A stretch of DNA of 49,708 bases from Pseudomonas sp. (GTDB lineage Bacteria; Pseudomonadota; Gammaproteobacteria; Pseudomonadales; Pseudomonadaceae), in assembly GCA_035497635.1 (NCBI GenBank), contig DATJDB010000180.1:1-49708 (forward strand), in the 5' to 3' direction. The translations under genes and the position numbers were made by a program. Shown here piece after piece: positions 34,170 to 44,447 of the stretch. The notes below the pieces were generated by a model. It was not told the origin of the DNA, searched no databases, and saw nothing but the letters and a program-made list of their open reading frames with translations. Numbering within the stretch: position 1 is the first letter of the stretch; each line of letters starts with the position of its first letter.

Positions 34170-36361
34170 TGAATACGCTGCCGCCCTACGACGTCCCGCG
34201 CCTGCCCTCATCAGGCACCGATGACGAGGACACCCTGGACCTGATGCGCCTGTGGAACATCCTCTGGCGCGCCAAGTGGATGATCGCCGGGCTGATTCTG
34301 GCCGCCGGTGTGCTCGCGCTGCTGGCACTGCAATGGGTGACTCCCCAGTACAAGGCCACCGCCACCCTGGTGATCGCCGAACGCAACCCGCAGGTGATGG
34401 CCTTCCAGCAGCTCTACGAGCCGACCAGTGAATACCTGCAGACCCAGCTGGGCCTGCTGCACTCCCGGGCGCTGGCGGAGCGGGTGGTCAAGCAATTGGA
34501 GCTGACTCAGCATCCGCTGTTCGCCCCACAGGAGCCGAGCGAACCCTGGATCGACTGGCGCGCCTGGCTTCCCGACTGGCTGATGCCCGAAGCGACGGAA
34601 CAACCGGACGACGCGGCGCAGGTTCGCGGCGTGGTCCGGGCGCTCACCCCGACCATCAGCGCCCACTATGTCGGCAAGAGCCAGCTGATCGCGGTGAACG
34701 TCGAGTTGCCGGACCCGCAACTGGCGGCGAACGCGGCGAACGCGCTAGCCGAAGGTTTCATCGCCAGTCAGCTGGACAGCAACATGACGCGCTCGCTATC
34801 CGCCGCCGACTGGATGAACAAGCGCCTGCTGGAACTGCAGGAAAACCTGCGCACCGCCGAGAACCGCCTGCAGGCTTACCGTGAAGCCGAAGGGCTGGTC
34901 GATCTGGACGGTGTGTCGACCATCAGCGCCAACGAGCTGACCCTGACCGGCAGCAAGATGATCGACGCCCGCCGCGAGCGCGCCGAGGCGCAAAGCCAGT
35001 ATCGCCAGGTGCAGGCGCTCGACGGCGATCTGGAGCGTCTGGCCAGTGTGCCGGCGGTGCTCGGACACCCGCTGATCCAGCAGTTCAAGGCCGACCGTGC
35101 GCGGGCCCAGGCCAAGGTGGACGAACTGTCGCGCCGCTACGGCCCGAAGCATCCGGCCATGATCGCCGCCAACACCGAACTGAACGCCGCCACCGCCAGC
35201 CTGCGCGTGCAGGTGCAGCAGGTGGTGGCGGGCATCGAGCGCAACTACCAGCTGGCCGACGCCAACGAGCGTTCCCTGCGGGATTCCTTCAACACCAACA
35301 AGACCCAGATCCAGGACATTTCCCGCAAGGAGTTCCGCCTGCGCGAACTGCAGCGCGAGGTCGACAGCAACCGGGTGCTGTACGAAACCTTTCTGGCGCG
35401 CCTGAAGGAAACCGCCGCCACTTCGGACATCAACTCGGCCAACGCCCAGGTGGTGGACCGCGCCATCGTGCCGATCCAGCCCAGTAAGCCGCAGAAAGGC
35501 ATGATTCTGGGTATCGCCGCGCTGGTCGCCGGGGTTCTGGGCATGGGCCTGGCCTTTGTGCGCGAAGCGCTGGACGACACTTTCCGGACCGGCGAGGACG
35601 TGGAGTCGCGGATCAACGTGCCGCTGCTGGGTGTGGTGCCGCTGGTGACGCGCAAGAGCCGCAACCGCATGGCTCACCTGTTTCGCCTTAACGAGGAAAC
35701 GCGCTTCTGCGAATCCATCCGCACCCTGCGCACCGGTCTGGTGCTCTCGGACATCGATCGACCCCGGCAGATCGTGCTGGTTACCTCGACCCTGGCCAAC
35801 GAAGGCAAGAGCACCGTGGCGGTGAACCTGGCGTTCTCGATGTCGCACATTGAGCGAGTGCTGCTGATCGAGGCGGATCTGCGCAACCCGACCCTGGCGC
35901 ACAACTTCACCCTACCGACGAAGGGCCCCGGCCTGGCGGATCTGATTGCCGGTCACAGCCGCCTGGAAGACTGCGTGCGCACCGTGGGCAAGCTGGCCAT
36001 GCTGCCGGCCGGCACCGTTCCGTCCAACCCGCAGGAGCTGCTCTCCTCCCCGCGTCTGGCCAAGATCCTCCAGGCCCTCAAGTCCCGTTATCAACGCATC
36101 ATCATCGACTCGCCACCCAGCCAGGTGGTCAGTGATGCGCTGTTGCTGGCCAAGCTGAGCAACGCGCTGATCTACGTCATTCATGCGGAAAGCACCCCGA
36201 TCCCGATGGTGCAGAAAGGCATCGGCCGCCTGCTGCGGGGCAAGGCACCAGTGATCGGCGTGGTGCTCAACCAGTACGACCTGGCCAAGGCCGGACGCTA
36301 CGGCCCCTACGAAAGCTACGGCTACCTGTCCGCGCCTCTTTCCCAGGCGTCGCGAAGCTGA
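34169..36361 (+). CDS. wzc: Polysaccharide co-polymerase / BY-kinase
   Basis: Two TMs around a coiled periplasmic region (RYGPKHP), ESIRTLRT, Walker A TSTLANEGKS, IEADLR.P, IIIDSPP, C-terminal Tyr cluster YDLAKAGRYGPYESYGY. Confidence 0.93.
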   Translation: MNTLPPYDVPRLPSSGTDDEDTLDLMRLWNILWRAKWMIAGLILAAGVLALLALQWVTPQYKATATLVIAERNPQVMAFQQLYEPTSEYLQTQLGLLHSRALAERVVKQLELTQHPLFAPQEPSEPWIDWRAWLPDWLMPEATEQPDDAAQVRGVVRALTPTISAHYVGKSQLIAVNVELPDPQLAANAANALAEGFIASQLDSNMTRSLSAADWMNKRLLELQENLRTAENRLQAYREAEGLVDLDGVSTISANELTLTGSKMIDARRERAEAQSQYRQVQALDGDLERLASVPAVLGHPLIQQFKADRARAQAKVDELSRRYGPKHPAMIAANTELNAATASLRVQVQQVVAGIERNYQLADANERSLRDSFNTNKTQIQDISRKEFRLRELQREVDSNRVLYETFLARLKETAATSDINSANAQVVDRAIVPIQPSKPQKGMILGIAALVAGVLGMGLAFVREALDDTFRTGEDVESRINVPLLGVVPLVTRKSRNRMAHLFRLNEETRFCESIRTLRTGLVLSDIDRPRQIVLVTSTLANEGKSTVAVNLAFSMSHIERVLLIEADLRNPTLAHNFTLPTKGPGLADLIAGHSRLEDCVRTVGKLAMLPAGTVPSNPQELLSSPRLAKILQALKSRYQRIIIDSPPSQVVSDALLLAKLSNALIYVIHAESTPIPMVQKGIGRLLRGKAPVIGVVLNQYDLAKAGRYGPYESYGYLSAPLSQASRS

Positions 36362-37824
36362 TGGCCATGCAGGAGTGCCGTTCGACGACCCGCCCGACCC
36401 CGTGGCCCGGCGTGGATGCCTCGCATCCCCTGCCCTTGGATCTCGGTCGGCCTGCCGTGCCCATGATCAACCGGCGCGGGCTGACATTCTGGGGCCAGTG
36501 GGCGGCTGCCATGCTGGTGCTTGGCCTGCTGCTCTGGCAACTCGCCGACGTGCATGCCGGGGAGTTTTCCGAAGAGTACCGGCTGCTGGGCGCCCTCACC
36601 CTCCTCGGCTCGCCGTACTGCTACAGCCTGCTGCAGGTCTATCACAAGCGGCACGCGCTGGCGCAGAGCCTGGGCCGGTTGATGGTTGCCTGGCTGCTGC
36701 TGGCCGGCGGGCTGTTGGCGCTGCTCGAACTGATTGGCCAGCTTGCGGATTTCTCCGCGGCCTTTCTGCGCGACTGGCTGATTCTCGGCCTGCTCGCGCA
36801 GGCGCTGAGTCAGGCGCTGCTATTCTGGCTGTTCCGCCGGCTTGCCCGCCGCCTGCGCCGCGAGCGTCGCGCCGTGATCATCGGCGCCGGCCGGTCGGCC
36901 CAGGCGCTGGCCGAGCAGTTGCGCGGCCGCCAGGTCACCTTGCGCGGCGTGGTGAGCTGCGACGCAACCGATACGCCCATGCCCGACCTGCGCCTGCTCG
37001 GCACGCTGGACAACCTGGCCGGGATCGTCGAGCGCGAAGGCATTCGCCGCGTCTATCTGGCCTTGCCACGAAAGAACCAGGGGCGGCTTGAAGGCCTGTA
37101 CCGCGAACTGCTGAACCTGCCGGTGGATGTGGTCTGGGTGCCGGATCTGGAACAGCTGCCTCTGCTCAACCCGTCCTACTCGGCCATCGGCCCGCTACCG
37201 GCGCTGTATCTCAACGAGACACTGGCCAGCTCCCATCCGGCCGCCTGCCTGGCCAAGACGCTCATGGAACGCTGCCTGGCGACGCTGGCCCTGGTGCCGC
37301 TCGCCCCGCTGCTGCTGACCATCGCCATGGCGATAAAGCTGTCCTCCCCCGGGCCGGTGCTGTTCCGCCAGCAGCGCCACGGTTGGAACGGTCGGATCAT
37401 CGAGATCTGGAAGTTCCGCACCATGTACCAGCATCCGGACGACCAGTTGCGCCAGGCCACCCGCCAGGATCCCCGGGTCACGCCGGTCGGGCGCCTGCTG
37501 CGGCGCACCTCGCTGGACGAGTTGCCCCAGCTGTACAACGTGCTGCGCGGCGACATGGCACTGGTGGGTCCACGCCCCCACGCGGTGCTGCACAACCTCT
37601 ATTACAGCGACCGCATCCAGGCATACATGGCCCGCCACCGCATCAAGCCGGGCATCACCGGCCTGGCCCAGGTCAACGGTCACCGTGGCGAGACCGAGAC
37701 GCTGGAAAAGATGCAGCAGCGGGTCGCCGCCGACCTTGCCTACATCAATCGCTGGTCGTTCTGGCTGGACCTGAAGATTCTCTGCAAGACGCCATTCACC
37801 CTTTTCTCCCGGGACATCTACTGA
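36361..37824 (+). CDS. wcaJ: Undecaprenyl-phosphate glucose phosphotransferase (WcaJ-type priming transferase)
   Basis: N-terminal TMs, IIGAG Rossmann-like region, SPGPVLFRQ.R.G, KFRTM, DPRVT.VGR.LRRTSLDELPQL.NVL.GDM.LVGPRP, KPGITGLAQV. The start could be 36463. Confidence 0.9.
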   Translation: MAMQECRSTTRPTPWPGVDASHPLPLDLGRPAVPMINRRGLTFWGQWAAAMLVLGLLLWQLADVHAGEFSEEYRLLGALTLLGSPYCYSLLQVYHKRHALAQSLGRLMVAWLLLAGGLLALLELIGQLADFSAAFLRDWLILGLLAQALSQALLFWLFRRLARRLRRERRAVIIGAGRSAQALAEQLRGRQVTLRGVVSCDATDTPMPDLRLLGTLDNLAGIVEREGIRRVYLALPRKNQGRLEGLYRELLNLPVDVVWVPDLEQLPLLNPSYSAIGPLPALYLNETLASSHPAACLAKTLMERCLATLALVPLAPLLLTIAMAIKLSSPGPVLFRQQRHGWNGRIIEIWKFRTMYQHPDDQLRQATRQDPRVTPVGRLLRRTSLDELPQLYNVLRGDMALVGPRPHAVLHNLYYSDRIQAYMARHRIKPGITGLAQVNGHRGETETLEKMQQRVAADLAYINRWSFWLDLKILCKTPFTLFSRDIY

Positions 37825-37849
37825 GCATGGGAATGCGTGGAGGTGGCAT

Positions 37850-38599
37850 ATGCCCTTGATCCGCCTGGCGATCATGGAAAATTTCTCGGAGCAGCTGCTG
37901 AGCAGCGACCAGGCGTTTTCCTTCCTGAACTTCGCCTCGATCGGCCGGCGTTTCCAGGACACCGAAGACCAGGAAAACCTGCACTATTTTTGCGACGGCA
38001 TGCTGATGTCCAACTTCGTCTCGCGGCTGAAGGGCCAGCCCATCAGCCGGGTGAGTTTCGACTTCACCTCGATTGCTCCGGTGGTGTTCCAGCATGCCGA
38101 GCAACACCACAAGCGCGTGTTCCTGCTCGGCGCAACGCCGCGGGAACTGGGCAGCTTCATCCGCAAGATGAAGGCACGCTATCCGGAACTGATCATCGCC
38201 GGACGGGAGCACGGCTATTTCCGTCGCGACGAAACCCCCCGGGTGGTCCAGGCGGTGCTGGACAGCCGCTGCGATCTGCTCATCGTAGGTCTCGGTGCCG
38301 GGCTGCAGGAAAACTTCATCCGCCAAGTCAAACGCAGCGGCTTTCAGGGCGTGGCCTTTTCCTGCGGTGCCTTCATCCGCCAGGAGGCCATGGTGCATGG
38401 CGCCTACTATCCGCCGCTGATCAACCGACTCAACCTGCGGGCGCTGTACCGCATGTACCGCGAACCGCACACCATCCTGCGCTACCTGCTGATCTACCCG
38501 GCCAATTTCCTGCGCCTGAATTATTTGCTGGCCCGCCGACGCCTGGAAATCAACATCACCCCATCTCTCAAGAAAAATGCGCATCCTATTCATTCATAA
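37850..38599 (+). CDS. WecB/TagA/CpsF family glycosyltransferase (GT26)
   Basis: CDG, RVSFD.TS, VFLLGA, IAG.EHGYF, DLLIVGLGAG.QE, CGAF, LYRMYREP...RY. Confidence 0.88.
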   Translation: MPLIRLAIMENFSEQLLSSDQAFSFLNFASIGRRFQDTEDQENLHYFCDGMLMSNFVSRLKGQPISRVSFDFTSIAPVVFQHAEQHHKRVFLLGATPRELGSFIRKMKARYPELIIAGREHGYFRRDETPRVVQAVLDSRCDLLIVGLGAGLQENFIRQVKRSGFQGVAFSCGAFIRQEAMVHGAYYPPLINRLNLRALYRMYREPHTILRYLLIYPANFLRLNYLLARRRLEINITPSLKKNAHPIHS

Positions 38600-39635
38600 G
38601 GACTTTCCTTTCGGCGGCGGCGTCGAGCAGGTGCAATGCCGGCTGGCCGCGCAGTTCGCCCGGGATGGCCATGAGGTCGGCTTCTTCGTCATGAACGGCG
38701 ACCCGGTTCCCGGCTGGCCGAGTGTCTCCGGTGCAGGCAACGGCCTCGCCAGGCTGTCGGGTTCCAGCTTGCGTCTGCGCCGCCTGATCCGCCGCAACGG
38801 ATTCACGCACCTGATTGCCTCAAAGGAACAGGCGAATCTGTGCGCCTGGCTTGCATCGCAAGGCACAGCGAGCCAGGTGATATACAGCCGCCACACCGCC
38901 CTGGATAGCAGTGGGCAACGGACCGGACCGCGCCTGTTGGGATGGCTTTATTCTCTCTACCTGCTCGGCGACGCTGGCCGGGCCGTGGCCGTGTCGAAAT
39001 CGCTGGCCGACACGCTGGCACGCCGGCTGCTCTGGCGGCACAAGCGTTTGCACCATTGCCCGAACGCGGTGATCAGCGACGAGTTGCAGACGCTCGCGCA
39101 GCAACCCTTACCCTGCCCGCTACCCGATGAATATTGGCTCGCCGTGGGTCGCCTGGCTTTTGCGAAAGGCTTCGACGTGCTGCTCGAAGCCTATGCACGG
39201 GCCAGCCGCCAGGCGTCGCTGCCCAAGCTGGTCATCGTCGGCGATGGCCCACTGGCCGGAAGCCTCAAGGCATTGGCCCTGCGTCTGGGTATCGCTTCAC
39301 GGGTGCACTTCACCGGCCTTCTGAGCAACCCCTATCCGCTGTTTCGCCGGGCCCGGCTGTTCGTGCTCAGCTCCCGTCACGAAGGCCTGCCCACGGTACT
39401 GATCGAAGCGCTGGCACTGAAGGTCCCGGTTGTCGCCACGGACTGTGAAACCGGCCCCCGAGAGTTGCTGGACGGCGGGCGTCTGGGCGTGCTGGTCGCT
39501 CCGGACGATCCGCAGGCCCTGGCCCGGGGCTTGCTCCAGGCACTGGAAAGCGCGGCGCCCTGCTCTGACGAAACCGTGCGCCGCTTTCATGGCAGTCAGG
39601 CGGCTCGGGCCTACTACGAGGTATGGAACCGGTGA
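38577..39635 (+). CDS. Glycosyltransferase family 4
   Basis: GGGVE, AVS, PNAV, VGRL..AKGFD.L, IVGDGP, SSRHEGLPTVLIEA, DCETGPRE. Confidence 0.9.
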   Translation: MRILFIHKDFPFGGGVEQVQCRLAAQFARDGHEVGFFVMNGDPVPGWPSVSGAGNGLARLSGSSLRLRRLIRRNGFTHLIASKEQANLCAWLASQGTASQVIYSRHTALDSSGQRTGPRLLGWLYSLYLLGDAGRAVAVSKSLADTLARRLLWRHKRLHHCPNAVISDELQTLAQQPLPCPLPDEYWLAVGRLAFAKGFDVLLEAYARASRQASLPKLVIVGDGPLAGSLKALALRLGIASRVHFTGLLSNPYPLFRRARLFVLSSRHEGLPTVLIEALALKVPVVATDCETGPRELLDGGRLGVLVAPDDPQALARGLLQALESAAPCSDETVRRFHGSQAARAYYEVWNR

Positions 39636-40741
39636 GGCGGCGCATCCTGTTCATCCTGCACAACCTGCACGGCGGTGGCGCCGAGAAGATGCTCGCCCGG
39701 CTGGCCAGCGGCCTGTGCGAGGAGTACCGGGTCACTCTGCTGACCCTCACCGAAGGCGGCATCAACGAAGCCCTGCTGGCACCCGGCGTGCGGCGGGTGT
39801 GCCTGCAAAGCCCGCGCACCGCCAGTGCGCTGCCGGCCCTGGCGCGTTTCCTGCGCGCCGAGCGCTTCGACGCCATGCTCTCCGCCCTGACCCATGTGAA
39901 CGTGCTGGCCATTGGAGCCGCCGCCTTGGCCGGAAGCCTGGCGCGCCTGCATGTCAGCGAGCGCAACGCCTTCTCCCGAGACCGCGAAGTCAACCCGGCA
40001 CGCAGCGTGCGCACGGCCTATGCCCTGGCCCCCTGGTTGTACCGGCTGATGCCCAACCCGGTGATCTGTGTGTCGCAGGGCGTGGCGCAAGATCTGCTGC
40101 GCCATCCGGCGCTGCGCTCGAAAGACCTGGTCACCGCCGACAATCCGGTGCTGGACGACGAGTATCTGTCCCGCCCCTTGCCCACGCCGCGTCACCCCTG
40201 GCTACGCAACCGGCAGGGCCGGGTGCTGATTGCCGTGGGTCGTCTTGCCCCACAGAAAGGCTTCGATCTGCTGATCGAAGCGCTGGCACAGCTGCAGGAG
40301 GATGTGCGGCTGGTGATCCTCGGCGAAGGTCCGCAGCGTGAGGCACTGCGGCAACAAGCCCATCGACTGGGTCTTGCCGAGCGTGTGGACTTGCCGGGCT
40401 ACCACGCTGATCCGCAGGCCGAAATCGCCGCTGCCGACTGCTTCGTGCTGGCCTCCCGCTTTGAGGGCAGCCCGAACGCGCTGGTCGAAGCCCTGGCCAC
40501 CGGCGCGCCGGTGGTGGCCACGGATTGTCCCTACGGTCCTGACGAGATTCTGGATCATGGCCGGATCGCCCCATTGGTACCGTCGGAAAATGCCCCGGCG
40601 CTGGCCGGCGCGATAGCGCGGGTGTTGACGAGCGATCCGCGGGAAGGCCGAACGGCACGCCAGCAGGCCGCCGCCCGCTTCACCCGCAGCGCAGCGGCGC
40701 GAAGCTATCTGCGCGTGCTGCTCCCGGAGGATGACGCATGA
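39623..40741 (+). CDS. Glycosyltransferase family 4
   Basis: GGGAEK, SERN, VSQGV, NPV, VGRL.PQKGFD.L, ASRFEGSPNALVEA, DCPYGPDEIL. The start may be GTG 39632. Confidence 0.9.
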   Translation: MEPVRRRILFILHNLHGGGAEKMLARLASGLCEEYRVTLLTLTEGGINEALLAPGVRRVCLQSPRTASALPALARFLRAERFDAMLSALTHVNVLAIGAAALAGSLARLHVSERNAFSRDREVNPARSVRTAYALAPWLYRLMPNPVICVSQGVAQDLLRHPALRSKDLVTADNPVLDDEYLSRPLPTPRHPWLRNRQGRVLIAVGRLAPQKGFDLLIEALAQLQEDVRLVILGEGPQREALRQQAHRLGLAERVDLPGYHADPQAEIAAADCFVLASRFEGSPNALVEALATGAPVVATDCPYGPDEILDHGRIAPLVPSENAPALAGAIARVLTSDPREGRTARQQAAARFTRSAAARSYLRVLLPEDDA

Positions 40742-42018
40742 AAACCCTGGAGGTGCGTTATTCCAGCCTGCGGCTCGCCTTTCTCCTGTTCGGGCTGCTG
40801 TTCTACCTGAAGGCGTTCGAGTTTCTCATCGTGCTGCTGTCCGGGCGCAGAGGACTGAGCATGGACCGCGAGCTGGAAGGCAATCCGGTCAACCAGATCT
40901 GCGGATTGATCACCCTGCTGGTGCCGGCCTGGCTGTTCATCCGCCAGCGGATCTTTCAGCGCCGAAGCTTCTATCGGGACAATCTGGTGATGCTCCTGTT
41001 TCTGGGCTGCCTGCTGTTGTCGGTGTTCTGGTCCTACGAGCCGGGGCTGAGCTTCCGGCGCTTCGTGGCGCTGCTGGGCGTGGTGTTCTTCGCCGGCTTC
41101 GCCGTCTACAGCTACCGCCTTGATCGCCTGGCGCTGCTGATCGGCTGCACCGTGGGCTTTCTGTCCCTGGTCGGCCTGATCTTCGCGGTGCTGACACCCG
41201 AGCTGGTGTTCTACACCGATGGCGCTCGGGCCGGCGCCTTCCGAGGCGTGTTTGGCGAGAAGAACGCCGCCGCGCGCATCAACGCCGTGGCCATCCTCTT
41301 GCTGCTGCCGGCGATTCGTCGGCGCAATCGCCGGGCATTGCTGGCCGGCTTCTTCGCCCTGCTGGCCATCGCGATGGCGCGTTCCGCCACCGGGCTGGTG
41401 CTGGTCTGTGCCGGCGTGGCCAGCTACTGGTATTTCCTGACGCTGATCCGCCTGCGTCTGCATCGCTCACGCGCCGTGCTGGTGACCAGCACGCTGGCGT
41501 ACCTGCTGATCTGCCTGGCGCTGTACGCCAATTACCATCTGTTTCTCGACCTGCTCGGGCGCGACAGCTCGCTGACCGACCGCACCCAGATCTGGGCACT
41601 GCTGACACCCTCCATCGAGGAGGAGTTGCTGCGTGGCTACGGCTTCGGTGCCTTCTGGGCCAGCTCGGCGGCGGACTTCTTTCTGCGCCGCTGGGGCTAC
41701 ATCGGCAACGCCCACAGCGGCTATCTGGAAACGCTGCTCAATGGCGGGCTGATCCAACTGGTCGCTCTGCTGCTGCTGTTCGCCGCCGCCCTGTACAAGC
41801 ATTTCAATGCCCTGCAGCAGCGCATCGCGGTGGCACAGCATGCCAGCGCGCTGGTCATCATCGGGGTCTTCATCCTGTCCAACTACGTGGCGTATGTGGT
41901 GCCCAACCACCGCTCCGGCGAGTTTCTGGTGTTCTGCGTGCTGGCCCTGTCGCTGCGTCCCGCCCGGGCGAGTGCGGCCTCGCACGCCTCTGCCCTTCAC
42001 TGGAGGCCCTCACCGTGA
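40738..42018 (+). CDS. wzy: Wzy polymerase / O-antigen ligase-like membrane protein (ExoQ-like)
   Basis: Multi-TM; WS..P..S.RR, RGVF..KN, SAT, GRDSSLTDRT.IW, GYGFGAFW, AHSGYLE.LL.GG. Confidence 0.82.
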   Translation: MKTLEVRYSSLRLAFLLFGLLFYLKAFEFLIVLLSGRRGLSMDRELEGNPVNQICGLITLLVPAWLFIRQRIFQRRSFYRDNLVMLLFLGCLLLSVFWSYEPGLSFRRFVALLGVVFFAGFAVYSYRLDRLALLIGCTVGFLSLVGLIFAVLTPELVFYTDGARAGAFRGVFGEKNAAARINAVAILLLLPAIRRRNRRALLAGFFALLAIAMARSATGLVLVCAGVASYWYFLTLIRLRLHRSRAVLVTSTLAYLLICLALYANYHLFLDLLGRDSSLTDRTQIWALLTPSIEEELLRGYGFGAFWASSAADFFLRRWGYIGNAHSGYLETLLNGGLIQLVALLLLFAAALYKHFNALQQRIAVAQHASALVIIGVFILSNYVAYVVPNHRSGEFLVFCVLALSLRPARASAASHASALHWRPSP

Positions 42019-42941
42019 GCGATTGTTCGGTCTGCGTGATCATTCCCCTCTACAACGCCGCCGACACCATCGGTCAGGCCCTGGATTCGCTGGCGGCCCA
42101 GACCCGCCGGCCAGAGCGGGTCATCGTGGTGGACGATGGTTCCAGCGACGGCGGCGCGGAGCAGGTTGAGCGCTACCCCGCGCCCTTCCCGCTCATCCTG
42201 ATCCGCCAGGCGAACCAGGGCCCGGCCGCGGCGCGCAACCGGGGCATCTTCAAGGCCAGCGAACACCTGCTGGCCTTCCTGGACGCCGACGACTACTGGC
42301 TGCCCGGCAAGCTGGAACGACAGCTGGAACTCTACAAGCGCCTCAGCACGAACGGTCGGCATATCGGACTGATCGACTGCTTCGGCATGAGCCTGTTCGA
42401 CGACGGCCGGCAAATCCCCTTCGCCTGGTGCAAGGCCGGCTGGCATTTTCGCGACTTCCAGCAGCGCAACGTCATCAACGGCACCTCTTCGGTATTGATG
42501 GAGCGTGAGCTGGCCACCCGATTCGGCGGCTTCGATGCGCGCATCCGTTTCGCCGAGGACCGCTGGCTGTGGACGCAGGTGGCCGAGCGAGCGGAAATCC
42601 ACACGGTGCCGGAGGTGCTCTACCACCGGCTGGTCGGCCCCGACAACATCACCGCCCAGCCGGAGCGGCATTACCCGCACAAGCTGCGTTTCATCGAGCT
42701 GTATCTGCAGCACTACGGCGCGCAGATGAGCCCTCGTGAGCGCACGGATTTCATTCTTGCCAACCAGACGGAGTTCCTCGAAGTCTTCTCCCGCAAGGGA
42801 CAGCAGCGCCTGGTCATTCAGGTGTTCGAGCAGATGCTGCGCATTTCCTGGCGCGCCCTGCTGACCGCGCACGGCAAGCCCGCGCTGCGCTATGCCTATG
42901 CCCGTGCCAGCCGCTGGCGCATGACGGAAGGCGCGCCGTGA
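42015..42941 (+). CDS. Glycosyltransferase family 2
   Basis: VIIPLYN, IVVDDGSSD, NQGPAAARNRG, AFLDADD.W.P.KLE.Q, GGFD...AED. Confidence 0.92.
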   Translation: MSDCSVCVIIPLYNAADTIGQALDSLAAQTRRPERVIVVDDGSSDGGAEQVERYPAPFPLILIRQANQGPAAARNRGIFKASEHLLAFLDADDYWLPGKLERQLELYKRLSTNGRHIGLIDCFGMSLFDDGRQIPFAWCKAGWHFRDFQQRNVINGTSSVLMERELATRFGGFDARIRFAEDRWLWTQVAERAEIHTVPEVLYHRLVGPDNITAQPERHYPHKLRFIELYLQHYGAQMSPRERTDFILANQTEFLEVFSRKGQQRLVIQVFEQMLRISWRALLTAHGKPALRYAYARASRWRMTEGAP

Positions 42942-44356
42942 TTCGGCAGCGTCTGGCTCGCCTGGCCTGGATCTTCTCGGAGAAATTCGGACTGATCCTG
43001 CTATCCATGCTGTCCTTCTTCGTGTTCGCCCACCTGCTGACCCCGGAAGAACTCGGCGTGGGCGTGCTGATCATCGTCATCGTCGAGCTGGTGGGCCTGC
43101 TGTTCAGCTCGCTGATCGAGGACCCGCTGGTACGACAGCAGCAGGTATCGCCCCGCCAGCGGGCTACAGCCTTCTGGGCCTGCGTGATCGCCGGGCTGGG
43201 TTCGGTGCTGCTGATCAGCGCGGGCGGCCTGTTTTACAGCGATGACGCGGCCGTGCGCGCCATGGTGATCGTGGCTGCGCTGAAGATACTGGCCACCCTG
43301 ATGGCCCGCATCTACGTGGCGGAAATGCGCCGCAGCGGCAATTTTCGCCTGCTCGCCTCACGCACACTGCTGGGCAAGGTGCTTGGGGCGCTGGGCGGCA
43401 TTCTGGTTGCGCTGCAAGGTGGCGGAGCCTGGGCGTTGATCGTGCAGGCGCTGATCATGGAACTGGTGTCTCTGCTGATGCTGATGCACAGCGACCGCCG
43501 TCGCCTGCCTTTGGTCTTCGACCGCTACTGGCTGGCGGGCGTGGTGACGGCCGGGCTGCCGATTGCAATCAATACCCTTTGTGGACAACTGCTGCAGCGC
43601 GGAGCCAGCGTGGTACTGGGCCTGACCGCCGGCGTTCAGGCAGTGGGCCAGTTCAACTTCGCCCTGCGCATCATCGAGCTGCCACGTACGGCGGCCTACA
43701 ACGGGCTGGCCAGCTATGCGCTGCCCGCCTTTGCCCGGCGCGCCGAGCAGCCGGCGCGGCTGTGGTCGCTGTTCGGCGCCGTGAGCAGCCTGACCGGCTT
43801 CCTGCTGACCCCCTGCTATATCGGTCTGGCGCTCACCGCCGAGGATCTGGTGTTGCTGGTGTTCGGCACCAAGTGGCTGGCCGCCGTGCCAACCCTGCAG
43901 GTGCTGGCGGTGATGGCGGCACTGGCCAACACCGCCCTGCATGCGCAGAGCCTGTTGGTGGCGGTGAGCCGCATCCAGACGGTGATGCGCGCCGAAATCG
44001 TCACCACGCTGCTGGCCCTGGCCCTGCTCGGCCTGCTCGGCGAACCGCTGGGCGCCCTGGCCGGCGGCTTGGCCATGCTGGTGCGCACGCTACTGATCGT
44101 GCCGATCCATGTCAGCGCGCTGCGCCGCAGCATCGGCTTCGGCGTGGCCGATTGGCTGCAAGTCAACTACCGCAGCCTGCTTGCCACCCTGCTGTTGAGC
44201 CTCGCCGTGCTGTATTTCTCGACCCACAGCATCCTCAGCGGCTACGCCCACTGGCTGGCGGACATTTGCGTCGGGGCCCTGACCTATGCCCTCGCCTACA
44301 CGCTGCTGCACCCGCGCTGGTGGCCGGATTTCAAAGGGATGCTGGCGATGCGCTGA
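42938..44356 (+). CDS. wzx: Oligosaccharide flippase (Wzx/PST family)
   Basis: About 12 TMs; LLTPEELG, TAFW, GAWALI.Q, VG.FNFA.R, LPAFAR, LVFGTKW..AVP.LQVL. Last gene of the EPS operon. Confidence 0.85.
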   Translation: MIRQRLARLAWIFSEKFGLILLSMLSFFVFAHLLTPEELGVGVLIIVIVELVGLLFSSLIEDPLVRQQQVSPRQRATAFWACVIAGLGSVLLISAGGLFYSDDAAVRAMVIVAALKILATLMARIYVAEMRRSGNFRLLASRTLLGKVLGALGGILVALQGGGAWALIVQALIMELVSLLMLMHSDRRRLPLVFDRYWLAGVVTAGLPIAINTLCGQLLQRGASVVLGLTAGVQAVGQFNFALRIIELPRTAAYNGLASYALPAFARRAEQPARLWSLFGAVSSLTGFLLTPCYIGLALTAEDLVLLVFGTKWLAAVPTLQVLAVMAALANTALHAQSLLVAVSRIQTVMRAEIVTTLLALALLGLLGEPLGALAGGLAMLVRTLLIVPIHVSALRRSIGFGVADWLQVNYRSLLATLLLSLAVLYFSTHSILSGYAHWLADICVGALTYALAYTLLHPRWWPDFKGMLAMR

Positions 44357-44410
44357 ACGGGCGGTCCGGAATTTATCGCCCTTGACTTGACCCGCGTGGG
44401 GCACTGATCG

Positions 44411-44434
44411 AATACTGTACCTATATACAGTATT
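44411..44434. promoter_or_regulatory. LexA (SOS) box, E. coli/LexA1 type
   Basis: aatactgtacctatatacagtatt contains CTGT-N8-ACAG (44415-44430), 17 bp upstream of imuA. Confidence 0.92.
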
Positions 44435-44447
44435 TTCGAGTTTTCCC

